From NCBI RefSeq assembly GCF_044704955.1, contig NC_091980.1:130758001-130822000 (forward strand): a stretch of 64,000 nucleotides of DNA, written 5' to 3'. This document shows, piece by piece, positions 15,815 to 28,400 of this stretch. How positions within the stretch are numbered: position 1 is the stretch's first letter; the number at the start of each line of letters is the position of its first letter. The DNA comes from Pristiophorus japonicus (Eukaryota). The position numbers and the translations under genes are program-made. The notes under the pieces are model-generated. The model had not been told where the DNA came from, did no database searches, and saw nothing but the letters and a program-made list of their open reading frames with translations.

Positions 15815-18000
15815 TGAGCTCAAGGACAGCATTTATTGTCCGTCACTAATTGCCTTTGAGAAGGTGCTGGTCAGCCATCTTCTTGAACCGCTGCAGTCTT
15901 GTGGTGAAGGTACTCCAACAGTGCTTTTCGGGAGGGAGTTCCTGGATTTTGCCGCAATGACGAAAAAGGAATGGTGATACACACCAACCTGACTTGGAAA
16001 TGTAACGTGGAGGTGAACTTGCAGGCGATAGTATTCCCAAACTTCTGCTGCCCTTGTCCTTCTAATTGCTAGAGCTCGTGGGATGGCTTGTGCTGCTGAA
16101 AAAGCCTTGGCGAGTTGCTGCAGTGCATCTTGTCGATGGTACACACTGCAGCCATGGTGCACCGGTGGTGGAAGCAGTGAATGTGGAAGGTGGTGGATGG
16201 GATGCCAATCAAGTGGCCTGCTTTGTCCTGGATGGTGTCGAGCTTCTTGATGATTGCTGAAGCTGCACTCAGCCAGTCAAGTGGAGAGTACTCCACCACA
16301 CACCTGACTTGTGCCTTGTCGATGCTGGAAAGACGTTAGGTGTCAGGAGGTGAGACACTCACCGCAAAATACCCAGCCTCTGGCCTGCTCTTATTACCAG
16401 AGTATTTATGTGGCTGGGCGAATTCAGGTCTTGATCAGCGATGACCCCCAGGGGTTAATGCTGGGGAATTCAGCGGCAGTGAATGTTAAGGGCAGGTGGT
16501 TAGACTCTCGTTTTTTGCAGATAGTCATTGCCTGGCACTTGTGTGGTGCCATTGTTACTTGCCCATTATCAGCCCCACACCGAATGTCATCCAGGTCTTG
16601 CTGCATGTGGGCATGGACTGCTTCATTTTCTGATGTCTTGCAAATGGAACAGAACACTGTGTAATCATCAGCAAATATTCCCACTTCTGGCCTTTATGAT
16701 GGAGGGAAGTTCATTGATGAAGCAGCTTAAGATAGTTGGGCCAAGGACACTGCCTTGATGTATTCCTGCAGAGATGTCCTGGGGCTGAGATGATTGACCT
16801 CCAACAACCACTTCCTTTGTGCTAGATATGAGTCCAGCTCATCGAGAATTTTCTATATTCGCATCGACTTCAATTTTGCAAGGGCTACTTGATGCCGCAC
16901 TCCATCAGGTGCTGCCTTGCTGTGAAAGGTAGTCACTCTCACCTCACCTGTAATTCAGCTCCTTTGTGCATGTTTGGACCAAGGCTGCAACGAGATCAGG
17001 AGCTGAGTGGTCCTGGCACAACCCAAACTGGGCATCGGTGAGCAGATTATTGTCGACAAAATCTTCCCTCACTTTGCTGATGATTGAGTGTAGAATGATG
17101 GGGCGGTAATTGGCCTGAATGGATTTGTCTGGCTTTTTCTGGACAGGACGTACCAGAGCAGTTTTTCACATTGTTGGGTAGATGCCAGTGTCTCTGTACT
17201 GGAACAGCTTGGCTTGAGGTGTGGCCATGAATTTACAGATTGTGGTGCAATACAATTCTGCAGTTGCTGATGACCCACAGTGCCTCATAGATGCCCAGTT
17301 TTGAGCTGCGAGATCTGTTTTGAATCTATTCCATTTAACACTGGTCAAACCACTCACCACGAAGGAGGGTGTCCTCAGTGTGAAGACAAGACTTTGTCTC
17401 CACAAGGACTGTGTGGTGGTCACTGCTACCAATGCTGTCATGGACAGATGAATCTGTGACAGGTAGATTGCTGTGGACAAGATCAGTAGGTTTTTCCTTT
17501 GTGTTGATTCTCTCACCATCTGTCGGAAGCCCAATCTCGATGCTGTGTCTTTCAGGACTCAGCCCGCTTGCTCAGTGCTACCGAGCCCCTCTTGGTGATG
17601 GACATTGAAGCCTATTGCTATAATCAGTGCTTCTTCCAAGTGGCCTTCAACATGAAGGAGTGCTAATTCATCAGCTGAGCGCGGGTGGTAGGTGGTACTC
17701 AGCAGGAGGTTTCCATGCCCAAGCTTGATCTGAACCCATGAGACTTGATAGAGTCCAGATTCAATGTTCAGGACTCCTACCACTACTCCCTCCCGACTGT
17801 ATACCACTGAGCCGCCACCTCTGGTGGGTCTGCCCTTCTGATGGGACAGAACATACGCAGGGATGGTGAAGGAGGAATCTGGGACATTGGCCGAAAGGTA
17901 TGATTCTGTGATTATGACTATGTCAGGCTGTTGCTTGGCTAACCTGTGGGACAGCTCTCCCCATTGAGGCACAAGATACCAGATGTTAGTGAGGAGGACT
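15815..18000 (-). mobile_element. Decayed APE-RT non-LTR retrotransposon (CR1/L2-group, clade uncertain)
   Basis: Endonuclease motifs PDIVIITESYL and RGGGSVVY (17559-17972); RT GIFADD (16424-16684); EYSPLDW (16069-16299). Internal deletions. Confidence 0.8.
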
Positions 18001-18809
18001 TTGCAGGGTTGACTGGGCAGGGTGTACCATTGTCATGTCAGAAGCCGGTGCCGAGGTCAATGCCGGGTTGTCCATCCTGTTTTATTCTAATTATTGTTTC
18101 TCGTAACGGTTTGTTACAACTGATTGGCTTGCGAGGCCATTTCAGAGGGCAGTTAAGACTCAACCACATTGCTTTGGGTTTGGAGTCATATCGGCCAGAT
18201 TTCCTTCCCGAAGGACATTACTGAAGTAGATTGGTTTTTTTGACAATCCGATAGCTCCCTGGGCAACATTACTGATACTAGCTTTTTATTCCAGATTTTA
18301 ATTTAATTAACTGAATTTCAATTCCCCAGCTGCCATGGTGGGACTTTGGATTATTAGTCCAGGCCTCTGAATTACTTGTCCAGGAACATAACCACTATGT
18401 TACCGCACTCTTTGCATCTCTCAATGGCACTTTTGGAGTATCGATGTCACCACAATTCATACATTGATGAGTCACAATTCTACAAGTCATGTTGGGTTTT
18501 GCGTGCTGATGAGTTTCACGGCTTCATGTTTCAGATAAAACAAATTCTTCAGCTCACTCGATGTGAAAAACTTTACAGATGCCCTTGTTTTAAGAATTAC
18601 ATAGAATTTACAGCACAGAAAAAGGCCATTCAGCCTGGCAAATTGCAGTGGTGAGCGGTCCTTCTTGAACATAAAATGTATCTAGGATGATGTGAGGAAA
18701 CGACTGAGACAAGATCGATTTAATTGTCTTTCAATCATGAGCATGGAGAGCGAAGTACTGAGAGGACTTGACTTCACACACTGAGCCTCCTCCCAACTTC
18801 ATTTAACCC

Positions 18810-20250
18810 TATCAGGGTAACAATGGACATGATCTTTGCAGCACGCCAATTGCAGGAAAAATACAGGGAGCAGCGCCAGCCCTTATACATGGTATTTTTT
18901 GATCTTATAAAGGCCTTTGAGACTGTCGACCGTGAGGGCTTATGGAGCGTCCTCCCTCCATTTTGGATACCCCCAAAAGTTTGTCAACGTTCTTCGCCTG
19001 CTCCACATCGACATGCATGCTGTGAGCCTTATCAGCAGATTTGTTACAGACCCATTCCACGTCCGAAGCGGGGTCAAACAGGGCTGCTTCATCGCTCCAA
19101 CGCTTTTCTCAATCTTCCTCGCTGCCAACTCCACCTCACTGTCAACAAGCTCCCCGCTGGAGTGGAACTAAACTACAGAATTAGTGGGAAGCAGTTTAAC
19201 CGATGCCCTCTCCAGACCAGTGCAAGACCACCCAAACCTCTGTCGTTGAACTGCAGTATGCGGACGACGCCTGCGTCTGTGCACATTCTGAGGCTGAACT
19301 CCAGGATTTAGTCGATGTCGTCACTGAGGCATATGAAATCATGGGCCTTGCACTTAACATGCATAAGGGAAAGTGCCTCCATCAGCCTGTCTTCGCCGCA
19401 CAGCACGGCCCCCCAGACATCAAGATTCACGGCGTGGCTCTCGACAATGTGGACCACTTCCCATACCGCGGGAGCCTCCTGTCAACAAAGGCAGACATCG
19501 ATGCGGAGATTCAATATCGCCTCCAGTGCGCCAGTGCAGCCTTCGGCTGCCTGAGGAAAGGAGTGTTCGAAGACCAGGCCCTCAAACCTACCACCAAGCT
19601 CACGCTCTACAGGGCTGTAGTAATACCCACCCTACTGTATGGATCAGAGGCATGGATGACTTACAGAAGGCACATCTCGTCGCTGGAGATATATCACCAA
19701 AGATGCCTCCGTAAGATGCTGTAAATTCCCTGGGAGGACAGATGCACCAACATCAGTGTCCTCGCGCAGGCTAACATCCCCAGCATTGAAGCACTAACCA
19801 CATGTGATCAGCTTTTCTGGGCAGGCCACTTAGTCCACATGCCAGACATGAGACTCTCTAAGCAACTGCTCTATGCGGAACTCCTTTATGGCAAACGAGC
19901 CAAAGTTAAGCAGCGGAAACGTTACAAGGACACCCTCAAAACCTCTCTGATGAAGTGCGACAGCACCACTGATGCCTGGGAGACCCTGGCCGAAGTCCAT
20001 CCTAGTTGGAAAAAGTGTGTCCGGGAGGGCGTTGAGCTCTTCGAATCTCAACGCTGCGAGCGTGAAGAGGTCAGGCAGCGGAAGGAACGTGTGGTATATC
20101 AGTGACACCCACCGCCTTCCCCCGACGAATATCTGTCCCATCTGTGACAGGGTCTGTGGCTTTCATGTTGGACTGTTCAGCCACCAACGAACTCACTTTA
20201 GGAGTGAAAGCAAGTCTTCTTCGATGCCGAGCGACTGCCTATGATGATGG
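18810..20250 (+). mobile_element. 5'-truncated RTE-clade LINE
   Basis: RT motifs DMIFAARQLQEK, FFDLIKAF, GVKQGC, LQYADD, LLYGSEAW; C-terminal CPICDRVC...SHQRTH; short (ATG)n tail. Frameshifted. Confidence 0.88.
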
Positions 20251-20839
20251 GTTCAGCTGCAGGTATTCCTCGCTCTGAGCTCAGAACTGCGCCAATGGTT
20301 AACACTCATCTGTGCCTTTTTATCTCTAGAATTGACTATTTCAATGCTCTCCTGCTAGCCTTACATGCTCCATAAACTGAAGCTTATCCAAAACTCTGCT
20401 GCCTGTATCCTAACACACACCTAGTCCCACTCACCCATGACCCCTGTGCTTGTGGACCATCATTGGCTCCCGGTCTGACAGCGCCTCAAATTCAAGATTC
20501 TTATCCTTGTATTAAAATCCCACCATGGCCCTTCCCTCACCTCTTTTCCCAACACATTGATAATATCGGTGCTGTTTCTTGCTCTCACAATAAACTGGAA
20601 CATTTAATTCACTATTTTCCCAATTTCCACCCTTCACTCACCTTCACATTGTCCATTTCTGTCACTTCACTTCCCTTTCTCGACTTCTCTGTCTATCGTC
20701 TCAGTCTATCAGACAAATATCCAATGAGTTGTTTGGATGTTGCTTCAAACCCGCAGATACCTGCAAATGATCAACCCACTGAACAATCCAGAACTATTAA
20801 AAAAACACTGACTCGCAAACAACAGAGGATTCAATGAAT

Positions 20840-21183
20840 CTTTCAAGGTGGCCATTAACTGGTCCAGGCAGAGCACGGTCGATAGGGTGTTCTCTCTGTC
20901 TGCCTGCCTCTCTTCTGCGGCTATATCCGCGCGCGGGTATCCCTGGATTGGGAGCACGCGGTGTCTGCCGGTATGCTTGAGGCTTTCCGTCATCGGAGGG
21001 CACCAGAGGGAGGGGAGCGCAGCGTGGATACAGGGAAATAATGTAAAATTTTTAGTTTTTTTGTTAGTTTTGTCGTAATGTGGATCTGAAAGTTTATTCC
21101 CCCTTATAAAGGGAGCACTTATGGTTTAAGTGTTTCCGATAGCTGAATTAAACATTCCAATTAATTAGCCCAAAGAATAGAGA
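20840..21183 (+). mobile_element. 3' end of an L1/Tx1-like LINE upstream of promoter C (copy at about 61000-61343)
   Basis: Degenerate reading LPLFCGYIRARVSLDWEHAVSAG followed by an AT-rich 3'UTR. Family assignment is from recall only. Confidence 0.5.
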
Positions 21184-21324
21184 ATCCAATTAAACCTGTG
21201 ACTCTGGATATTTGAACTGTGTTTGAGAATAGTTCGGACAATTGAGATCCTCATTGAGATGTCAACCAATGATGCTCATTCTTCAAAGATCTGACTGGCT
21301 CTGGGAGTCCATCTCCCTCCTCCC

Positions 21325-21429
21325 TTTACTTGATTGGTGCTCTGAGAAGATGCAACTTCTGATTGGGTATTGATCACTGTCACTCATCATCAAGAATGCC
21401 ACACCCTGGATTATCCCTCAGTATAAATA
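21325..21429 (+). promoter_or_regulatory. Core promoter of ferritin C (TATA, inverted CCAAT)
   Basis: TATAAATA at 21422-21429; gattgg motifs near 21332 and 21361. Aligns with the promoters of D and F. Confidence 0.65.
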
Positions 21430-22409
21430 TAGGTGTTTGATATTAGTGAAATATTACCTTTGTACTTCTACAAAGTTTTTACTTTGGAAAAATAAAATAT
21501 TAAGATGGTTTTTCAAGTGTGTCAAAATTACCACCAGGACTGTGAGGATGCTGTCAACAAGCAGATCAACATGAAGCTTTCTTTCTCCTATGTTTATCTC
21601 TCTATGGTGAGTTTTGTGTTTTTTGCCACTTTACAATGGAGACTATGTAATGTGAATTTATGAAATCCTGTGCTGTACACAGCTCACCTCTTGCTCTCTT
21701 TCTGTCCACCCTGCCTTCCCACCCCACCCCAGCCTTGAATCTATGCAGTGAATTCACTTTTAAAGCTATAATATGATACAATTTATCTTAATTTGTATTT
21801 GTTAACAAATTCTCTCTGTTCCTTGTATCATCTGATTATCTTGATTCTTTCTTTTTCCTGGAATCTTGAGCTTGATTAAGTTTATTTGGAATACATTCTG
21901 CACACAATGCAAGGAATTCAGAATTAGTATCCTCATTCTAAATCACTGCATGGGCTTTCCTTACCTTGCTGGTTCAATGGGTGGTGACATAAAAATAAAT
22001 TTAGGCCATTTAGGAGGGAAGTCAGGAAGTATTCTTTCCCGCCAGTGTGGTGAAAATCGGAAACACTTTTTCTCCCAGCCATCCCTCACCTCCACAGGGG
22101 GAGGATGGGAGGAAAGTGTTACAAATGTTTCTGCTTCCCTCCTGTTCCTAGTGTTTCTAACCTCTTAATTTTAAGTACCAGATTGTATCCTTTTTTTCCT
22201 CGAACTTTTAGCACCAATAAAGCAAAGAAAGTTCATCAATTGTCTGCACTGTGGACTCTACCTTAACCCCGTGATCTTCAACAAGCACTTCAAATTCTGA
22301 GGGGTTCTCATGAAACATTTTTTTTTCTGTGGTCTCTGCTTCTCTGCTACTGTGCCAAATTAATGCTGCTTGTGGTAATTTTAGTTCCTTGGCATGATTG
22401 TAGCCAGTA

Positions 22410-25400
22410 TGTTAGCATGAATGTTGTCTCAGCAGAATCACTCAACACTGTCGGTTCCCATGCCAATGCGGCCTTTATTTTGGCATGCGGGGAGGAAGCC
22501 TCAGGACTGGATCCAGGCAATTCTCTCTGATGAACAAAGAAACTCAGCGATATTTGTTTTACAATAGTTTTTTACAGTTACTCAGCCCACTTCGGCTGTT
22601 CACAATCCAATCATAACGATTATAGATTACACTTCGGTTTCTTTAACCCAATAAAATTCCCCATATACCTCAGGGGCTGTATGTTCGGTTTTGTCAGCTC
22701 GGGCTGATTAATGACCTCGTTTATGTGAGGCAGGTTCTCCCCTTATCTCTGTTCCTCGTGGCTCGGCTGTGTGAAGTCACTGATTATACCAGTGTACTAT
22801 AATGGTTCGTTATAATTATCTTGTATCCAAGGCATTCCTGGTAGTGGGCCTCACATGGTCATTGCTCAGTCATTGCTCGAGTTCATTACTTGACTAATTG
22901 AGTACCCATCATGCCTGGACAGCCATTTTGTGTGTCCACTTTAAACTTGAGTTTAGATATATTCAGCAGGTGCCTAATGCCTAGTGTTTTGATATATTCA
23001 GCAGGTGCCTAATGCCGACAACAATTCTCCCCCCCACCCCCCCCCCCCCCCTTCGGTAAAGGGACTAGTCCTAGTCCCCCTTTAACCGACCGTCCTACTT
23101 TTATTAGATTTTGTGCACGGCCTGGTACTCCCTGCCTCAATGTGCTGGCGAGTCATGTGGTTTCAGGAGTCCCGGTTGCTTAAATCAAATTAACAAAGGC
23201 CAAATCCTCCTGCTCCTTTATTAGACAGGCTTGTTTAGTATTTGGGGACCGGTCATGGGTCCCTCTTCGTCGTGCTGGGTGCCTGCATGCCTGGCAGGCC
23301 ATTCTGCCCCATGTTACTACTAAGATCAATTGTATCCCGACCGGTATGTGTGAAATTATTTGAATCCAAGGATGGATGTTCACATTTATTCCCCAGTCCC
23401 AGACCTTTCTCCACCAACTCTGACTTTGTAAGTCTACTTCGATATCTTCTTTCAGTACATTGATTTTAGTTTGCAGTTGGTGGTAGAGCTTTACGGATTG
23501 ACCCACCCTGAGTGTCAATTCTCGTAATACTTCGGTTCGATGTGGGATCGGGACCTGCTCTGACTCGTCATAATCCTGCAAACGATCGTGGAGCTGATCG
23601 GTTACATAAATAACTTCAGGCTTCCAGTGCCTAACCTGGGTGATATGCGCTTGCCCGATTGTGACAAGTCGTAGTGGTGCAAAGCAAATGTTAGGCTGTG
23701 GTATCGGGCACTGCAGGTCATTATACCGGTATGAACGCTCTGTGGTAGAGACGCAGTATCTTCCCTTCCCTCTGTAACCTACCCTCGCGAAGTGCCTGTG
23801 TGCGGGCACTATTTCTAGTACACACCTGTCGGTTCGGTTAAACCCGCACTCATCTCGCTCACCTCGGCCGACTGGGTGAGGGCATACTGTGATCTCCCCA
23901 TTTGCTTGCATTCTGTTAGGGAGATCCTGGTTTCTCCTCATCTCAGTCCCAAATGGCTGACCCCTTATCCTGAGACTGACTCCTGGTTCTAGACTCCCCA
24001 GCCCGGAGGGGAAACAGCCTCCCAGTATCTAAGCTGAATTATGTATGTTGTATGTCGTTTCGACGAACGGCGGAGGTGCTGGTCAGATAGTAACGTATGG
24101 AGACATTTTCCCGTATTACTCCGATATTCTCTAGTTGGTACAGGGGGGACGGCCCTGAGTCTGGCGTGGCGATAGGGATCATCAGGACTATCCCTATCCC
24201 AGTATTGCTACCCATCTGGCAATCTGGAATTGCTGGGTGTACTCTGGTCAGTCCCTTCAGAGTACAATTATCCTTTGTCCCCCTCTGCTTAGCCAACTGA
24301 GCTAAATGTGAACTGTCTATCCAATCGGGTACTTCCCTGCGTTGGATCTGGTCGAGATTGTGGCGGATCTGTCCCACCATCCACAGACCATAAGCGTGAC
24401 AGAGTTGCCCCAGTCTTTGCGTTCCTGTATCTTCTTTTTCTCTATCAATGAGGTGATTGGTTTTGGCGTGAGCTTCCAGGACTGAGATGCCATCCAACTG
24501 GATTTCGGCACCCTCCTTTCCTAGGTTGGCTTGGTCTTCCTGGTTTTGCTCCACTCTCTAATAACTTAACCCCTTCATCACCCCTCTAAGCTGTTCCACC
24601 CTCTCATTTAACCCTTGTATATCTATCGAGTTTACTACGGAGGCCCCTGTATTGAAACCGGTAGCAACATCATTAACTATTCCCCTCTTTATCCTGGGGG
24701 CTGACCCCTGTCCTCGGAATCTACTGGCACCCATTGCATCGGCAGCCTGCTGCATTACAACTTTACTTAATACATTGTACATTTTCCTTGACTGACTGTT
24801 CTGTCTAGTATTCCGGCATCTGGATGCCTGAAACATTGATCAGGACAGGCACAATTTCATGTTTAACATTATCATACAACAATTCCCCTTCGTTGTACAT
24901 TACAATCCTATTTTCTGGTCCCTCAGTAGTTATGTGACAAGGCAGTTCCTCGGGCAATGTAGTGGTTCTTATGGGGCACAGTGTCGGAGGGGGTGAGAAG
25001 CATACATGCAATGATATTGCAGCCGCCCCCACCTCGTAGTACCCACGCAGCCCCACTTTCTTTTTGCAGATGCCTGATTGCTGGGACTGTCCCGGAGGTG
25101 CGCAAATTATGCCGAAAGTACATTCATCGGGCCCTTTGACATCCCTCTGTTTAATGCAGCTGCTCCTTATACCCATGGAGCACTGTACACATACCCTGTT
25201 CTTATTAGGATTCACTTGTAACCATGCATTATAATAAGTCCTGTCCTTGCTCCAGTCCTTGGCTGCTGGGATGCACATTCCATCCGTTAAATTAAACAAG
25301 ACTCCATAGTTCATGTAGTTTATTTCCTGAGTGCGCTGCAATCCGTTGGTATCATCCAGTGTTTGCGTGGGTCTTGAGGTTCCCAGTATCATGAGTCCCC

Positions 25401-28400
25401 AGAGTCGAAGTCACCACTGCGGTCCCATCTTGGTGAGTGTTTTATCTGAAAATTTTAAACCGATAGCCTGGTTGTCACCAGGTGTTAGGTTCTGGTCTAC
25501 TTGTGTCGTTGTCACTCTGTGGAATCGGAGGTAAGGATTAGGTTAACCATATTCTTTATAGTCGTACCATCTCTATCACTTCATGTCCCTGTCTGGGCTG
25601 CTGTCGGTTTTGCGTATGAGCCTGCTGTGCTCGAGCCTGCGCGATGACCCATCTAAATATTATCCAAACTCCAATCAACACCAATGCCACCATTATTCCT
25701 CCAAACATCGCTGTCTGCTTTACCGTTAGGTTGGGTTTGTGGACTACACCTACCCACTGTGGGGTACATTGGCTCTATTGCCATAGGTGATGGTGCTATG
25801 GCTGTGTACTGCACTATCCATCTAGTCCTGTTTTTTAAAACATCTCTTCCAGCTTGTTTATCTTAGCTTTTAACTCTTGACCAGCTTGTTCCGTTTTATT
25901 TTTATTCTGAATATTCCACCATTTCCTCTGTCTGTCAGGTGAGTCTTCTTTCTTTTAAGAAATCCAAATTAATAATGTCTAGTATAAAACAGCTGTCAAT
26001 GGAAAGGGTTAACTCCTTTACAGGTTTGTAAGAAAGCCTGATGTCATTACGTGACTTCTTGTAATCATCTGAAAATTTTTTTTTTTTTTTCCCAAGTCTT
26101 TGTGCCTTAAACTTGCTTAGAAATTAGGAATCTGTTAAACAGCATAAATCATTAGTAAAGTGGTCATAATAAAAAATCTTCTCATCAAGAAAGACAGCAT
26201 TTTAGATTAAACTCCAATTTTTTTCTTAACTTCTAATTCAAGTACTTGCCAAATAATTTTTTTAAAAAATTGATTTAAGACAAGACCACACATTTTTAAT
26301 AGCTATTTTGTTTACTGAAATTCAATTTTGTTTTTTTTTAATTTCTCTCGCAGCACAAAATCTAAACATCTGTGCCAGTTCCATTTTCCTCAAGAATTTA
26401 AAAATTCAGTAAGATTCTCCAATTCCCAGTTTTTTTTTCTCTTTCTGTGCTGAGTTCGCAAAGCTTAGATCTTTTCTCCTCGTTCTCTTCAAAACCCTCC
26501 TGCTTGTTTAGACTGTTCGGGACTTTTCTTGATAAACACTGTCCATTTTGCAAATCTTTTCAAAGTGCATTGAAACTTTCTCATAATTTAAAATCTTTAT
26601 CAATGTAGAGTGTCTTTTACCTCCCATTTTTTTATTCTTTTTCTAATTAAACCAATATCGTTTTCACAGCAAACATCAACCAGTATTTAGTTTTGTCTTT
26701 CTCCATCACAAACACATTTTTTTTTTCAGCACATATTTAGTCCGTTACATTTTTTTTCAGATCTCCTTTCTTCAAATTAGGTTTTGTATTCTAAACGGAG
26801 GGCTCGTGACTTCATAAATTTGTTAATTTAAAATCATTTGTTTACTTTCAAAGTGTCGTCTTTATCTTTTTCTTTTCTCCATGACTAGAATGGAGTCCAG
26901 CAATTAGGTTTTGAGGGCTGCTTTTTGTGATCTCAAAATGCTCCAGTTTCAAAATCGTTAAAATGTCTCTGCTAAACTGCTAAAGCTTGCTGTTTTTAAC
27001 ATTTTTCAAAAGTCCCTTTTACACCTTTGCAGATAGCTCGCCACTCGCCCAGGAGTTTGACCTGATCCCTGAAGGTATTTCTAGATTGTTTCCAAACCTT
27101 TTAGTTTTATATCTCCTTTTTTTCCTTTAAGAGATCAGATTTAATTTAATTTTTTTTGAATCCACCTCAGTATTTTGCTGTGCTTTCTCTGAATATCTCA
27201 AAATCCCAATTCAAACTTTGTAATTTCAATCTTTATTTAAAATCTTTTTTTGAGCTAGAAGTTTTTTTTTTTATAAAGGCATTCTTTATCTCATTCCTAG
27301 ACTAAATTTATGTCTTTCAACCCAATGTAATCAATCATTGCATGTTTTCTTTCGACAAGTGAGCGTGTCAAATAAATTATTTTTTTTAAACCACTTGGAC
27401 CATGTATTTTTTTATCTTTTGCTCAACAAACCTATCCTTTGTATATTTCCTAGCTCCGTAAATTATCATCCAAATAAATCCACATCTGTGTTTCTAACTT
27501 AAAATGTCTTAAAACTTCCCACATACAGGACAACACAAAGGGTTAAAAAAAACTTTCACTCTGTTTAGAAAAGTGGGTGGAGTTAAAATAAACAGACACT
27601 TGCATTCCTCTTCCAACCAGGCTTTCGGAAACATGAAAACAAAAAAATTCATTCGGCAGTCAAGAAATCACAAGGACTCAACAACATTCATTCACAAGTC
27701 TCTCTCTCCATTCAACAAGCTTATTAATTTTTTTTTTTGGCAGGCTCTATTCTTGGATCCGTACTTCACTTAAGATAATCACTATCGTTTTTTTTTTATT
27801 TCATGCATATTGATTTACTTCCTCTGTTAGTTTTACGTGGGCTCACAGTATCAAAACTACAGCCTTTTCATTTTTATCTTTCTTTTCCTTCTCCCACCAT
27901 TTCCGCTGGTCTGCTTGCAGGTCCTGAGGATCCCACCCTGCTCTAATCATTTTCTCGATTTTTGTTTCTTTTGTTTTTCTGCCAGGTGGCGGGTAAGGGA
28001 CCCTTCTGATCCCCACTTGGTTATTTGTTTTATTGGCTATACCTGGGTAGGACTAGAACCATTAGGAATCTACTCTCGGAGGTCTGCTTTCTACCTAGCG
28101 TAACTTGTAGTAGACCGTCTCCTGGCTACTCTCAGGTCACAAGTTCTGCTGTTGCACAAACTTATTCAAGTCTTAACGCGTTTAAGCAATTCCCGCAGTG
28201 CTCTACGTATCCTTAATGACTACCTACCACCGCTCTGCCCGTTGGTCCGACCCTGTTGACAGGTTTGGATTCCGTTAGCCACTGTACACCGGGGTATATT
28301 TCAAATTACACTAATGAGGCCGGAAGATGTCTTTCAGTATCACGATCCCACGGTCCAAGTGTGTTCCCGGCACCTACTTAGTTCCTGGCCATCACGTGGG

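Noticed and set aside
21265-21315. Antioxidant response element (Nrf2/Maf) in the conserved upstream block of C/D/F
   Set aside because: TGAC half-sites are present but none completes TGACnnnGC.
23180-25428. Domesticated syncytin-like env gene
   Set aside because: It has a stop in the signal peptide, frameshifts and a CR1 patch; this copy is not intact.
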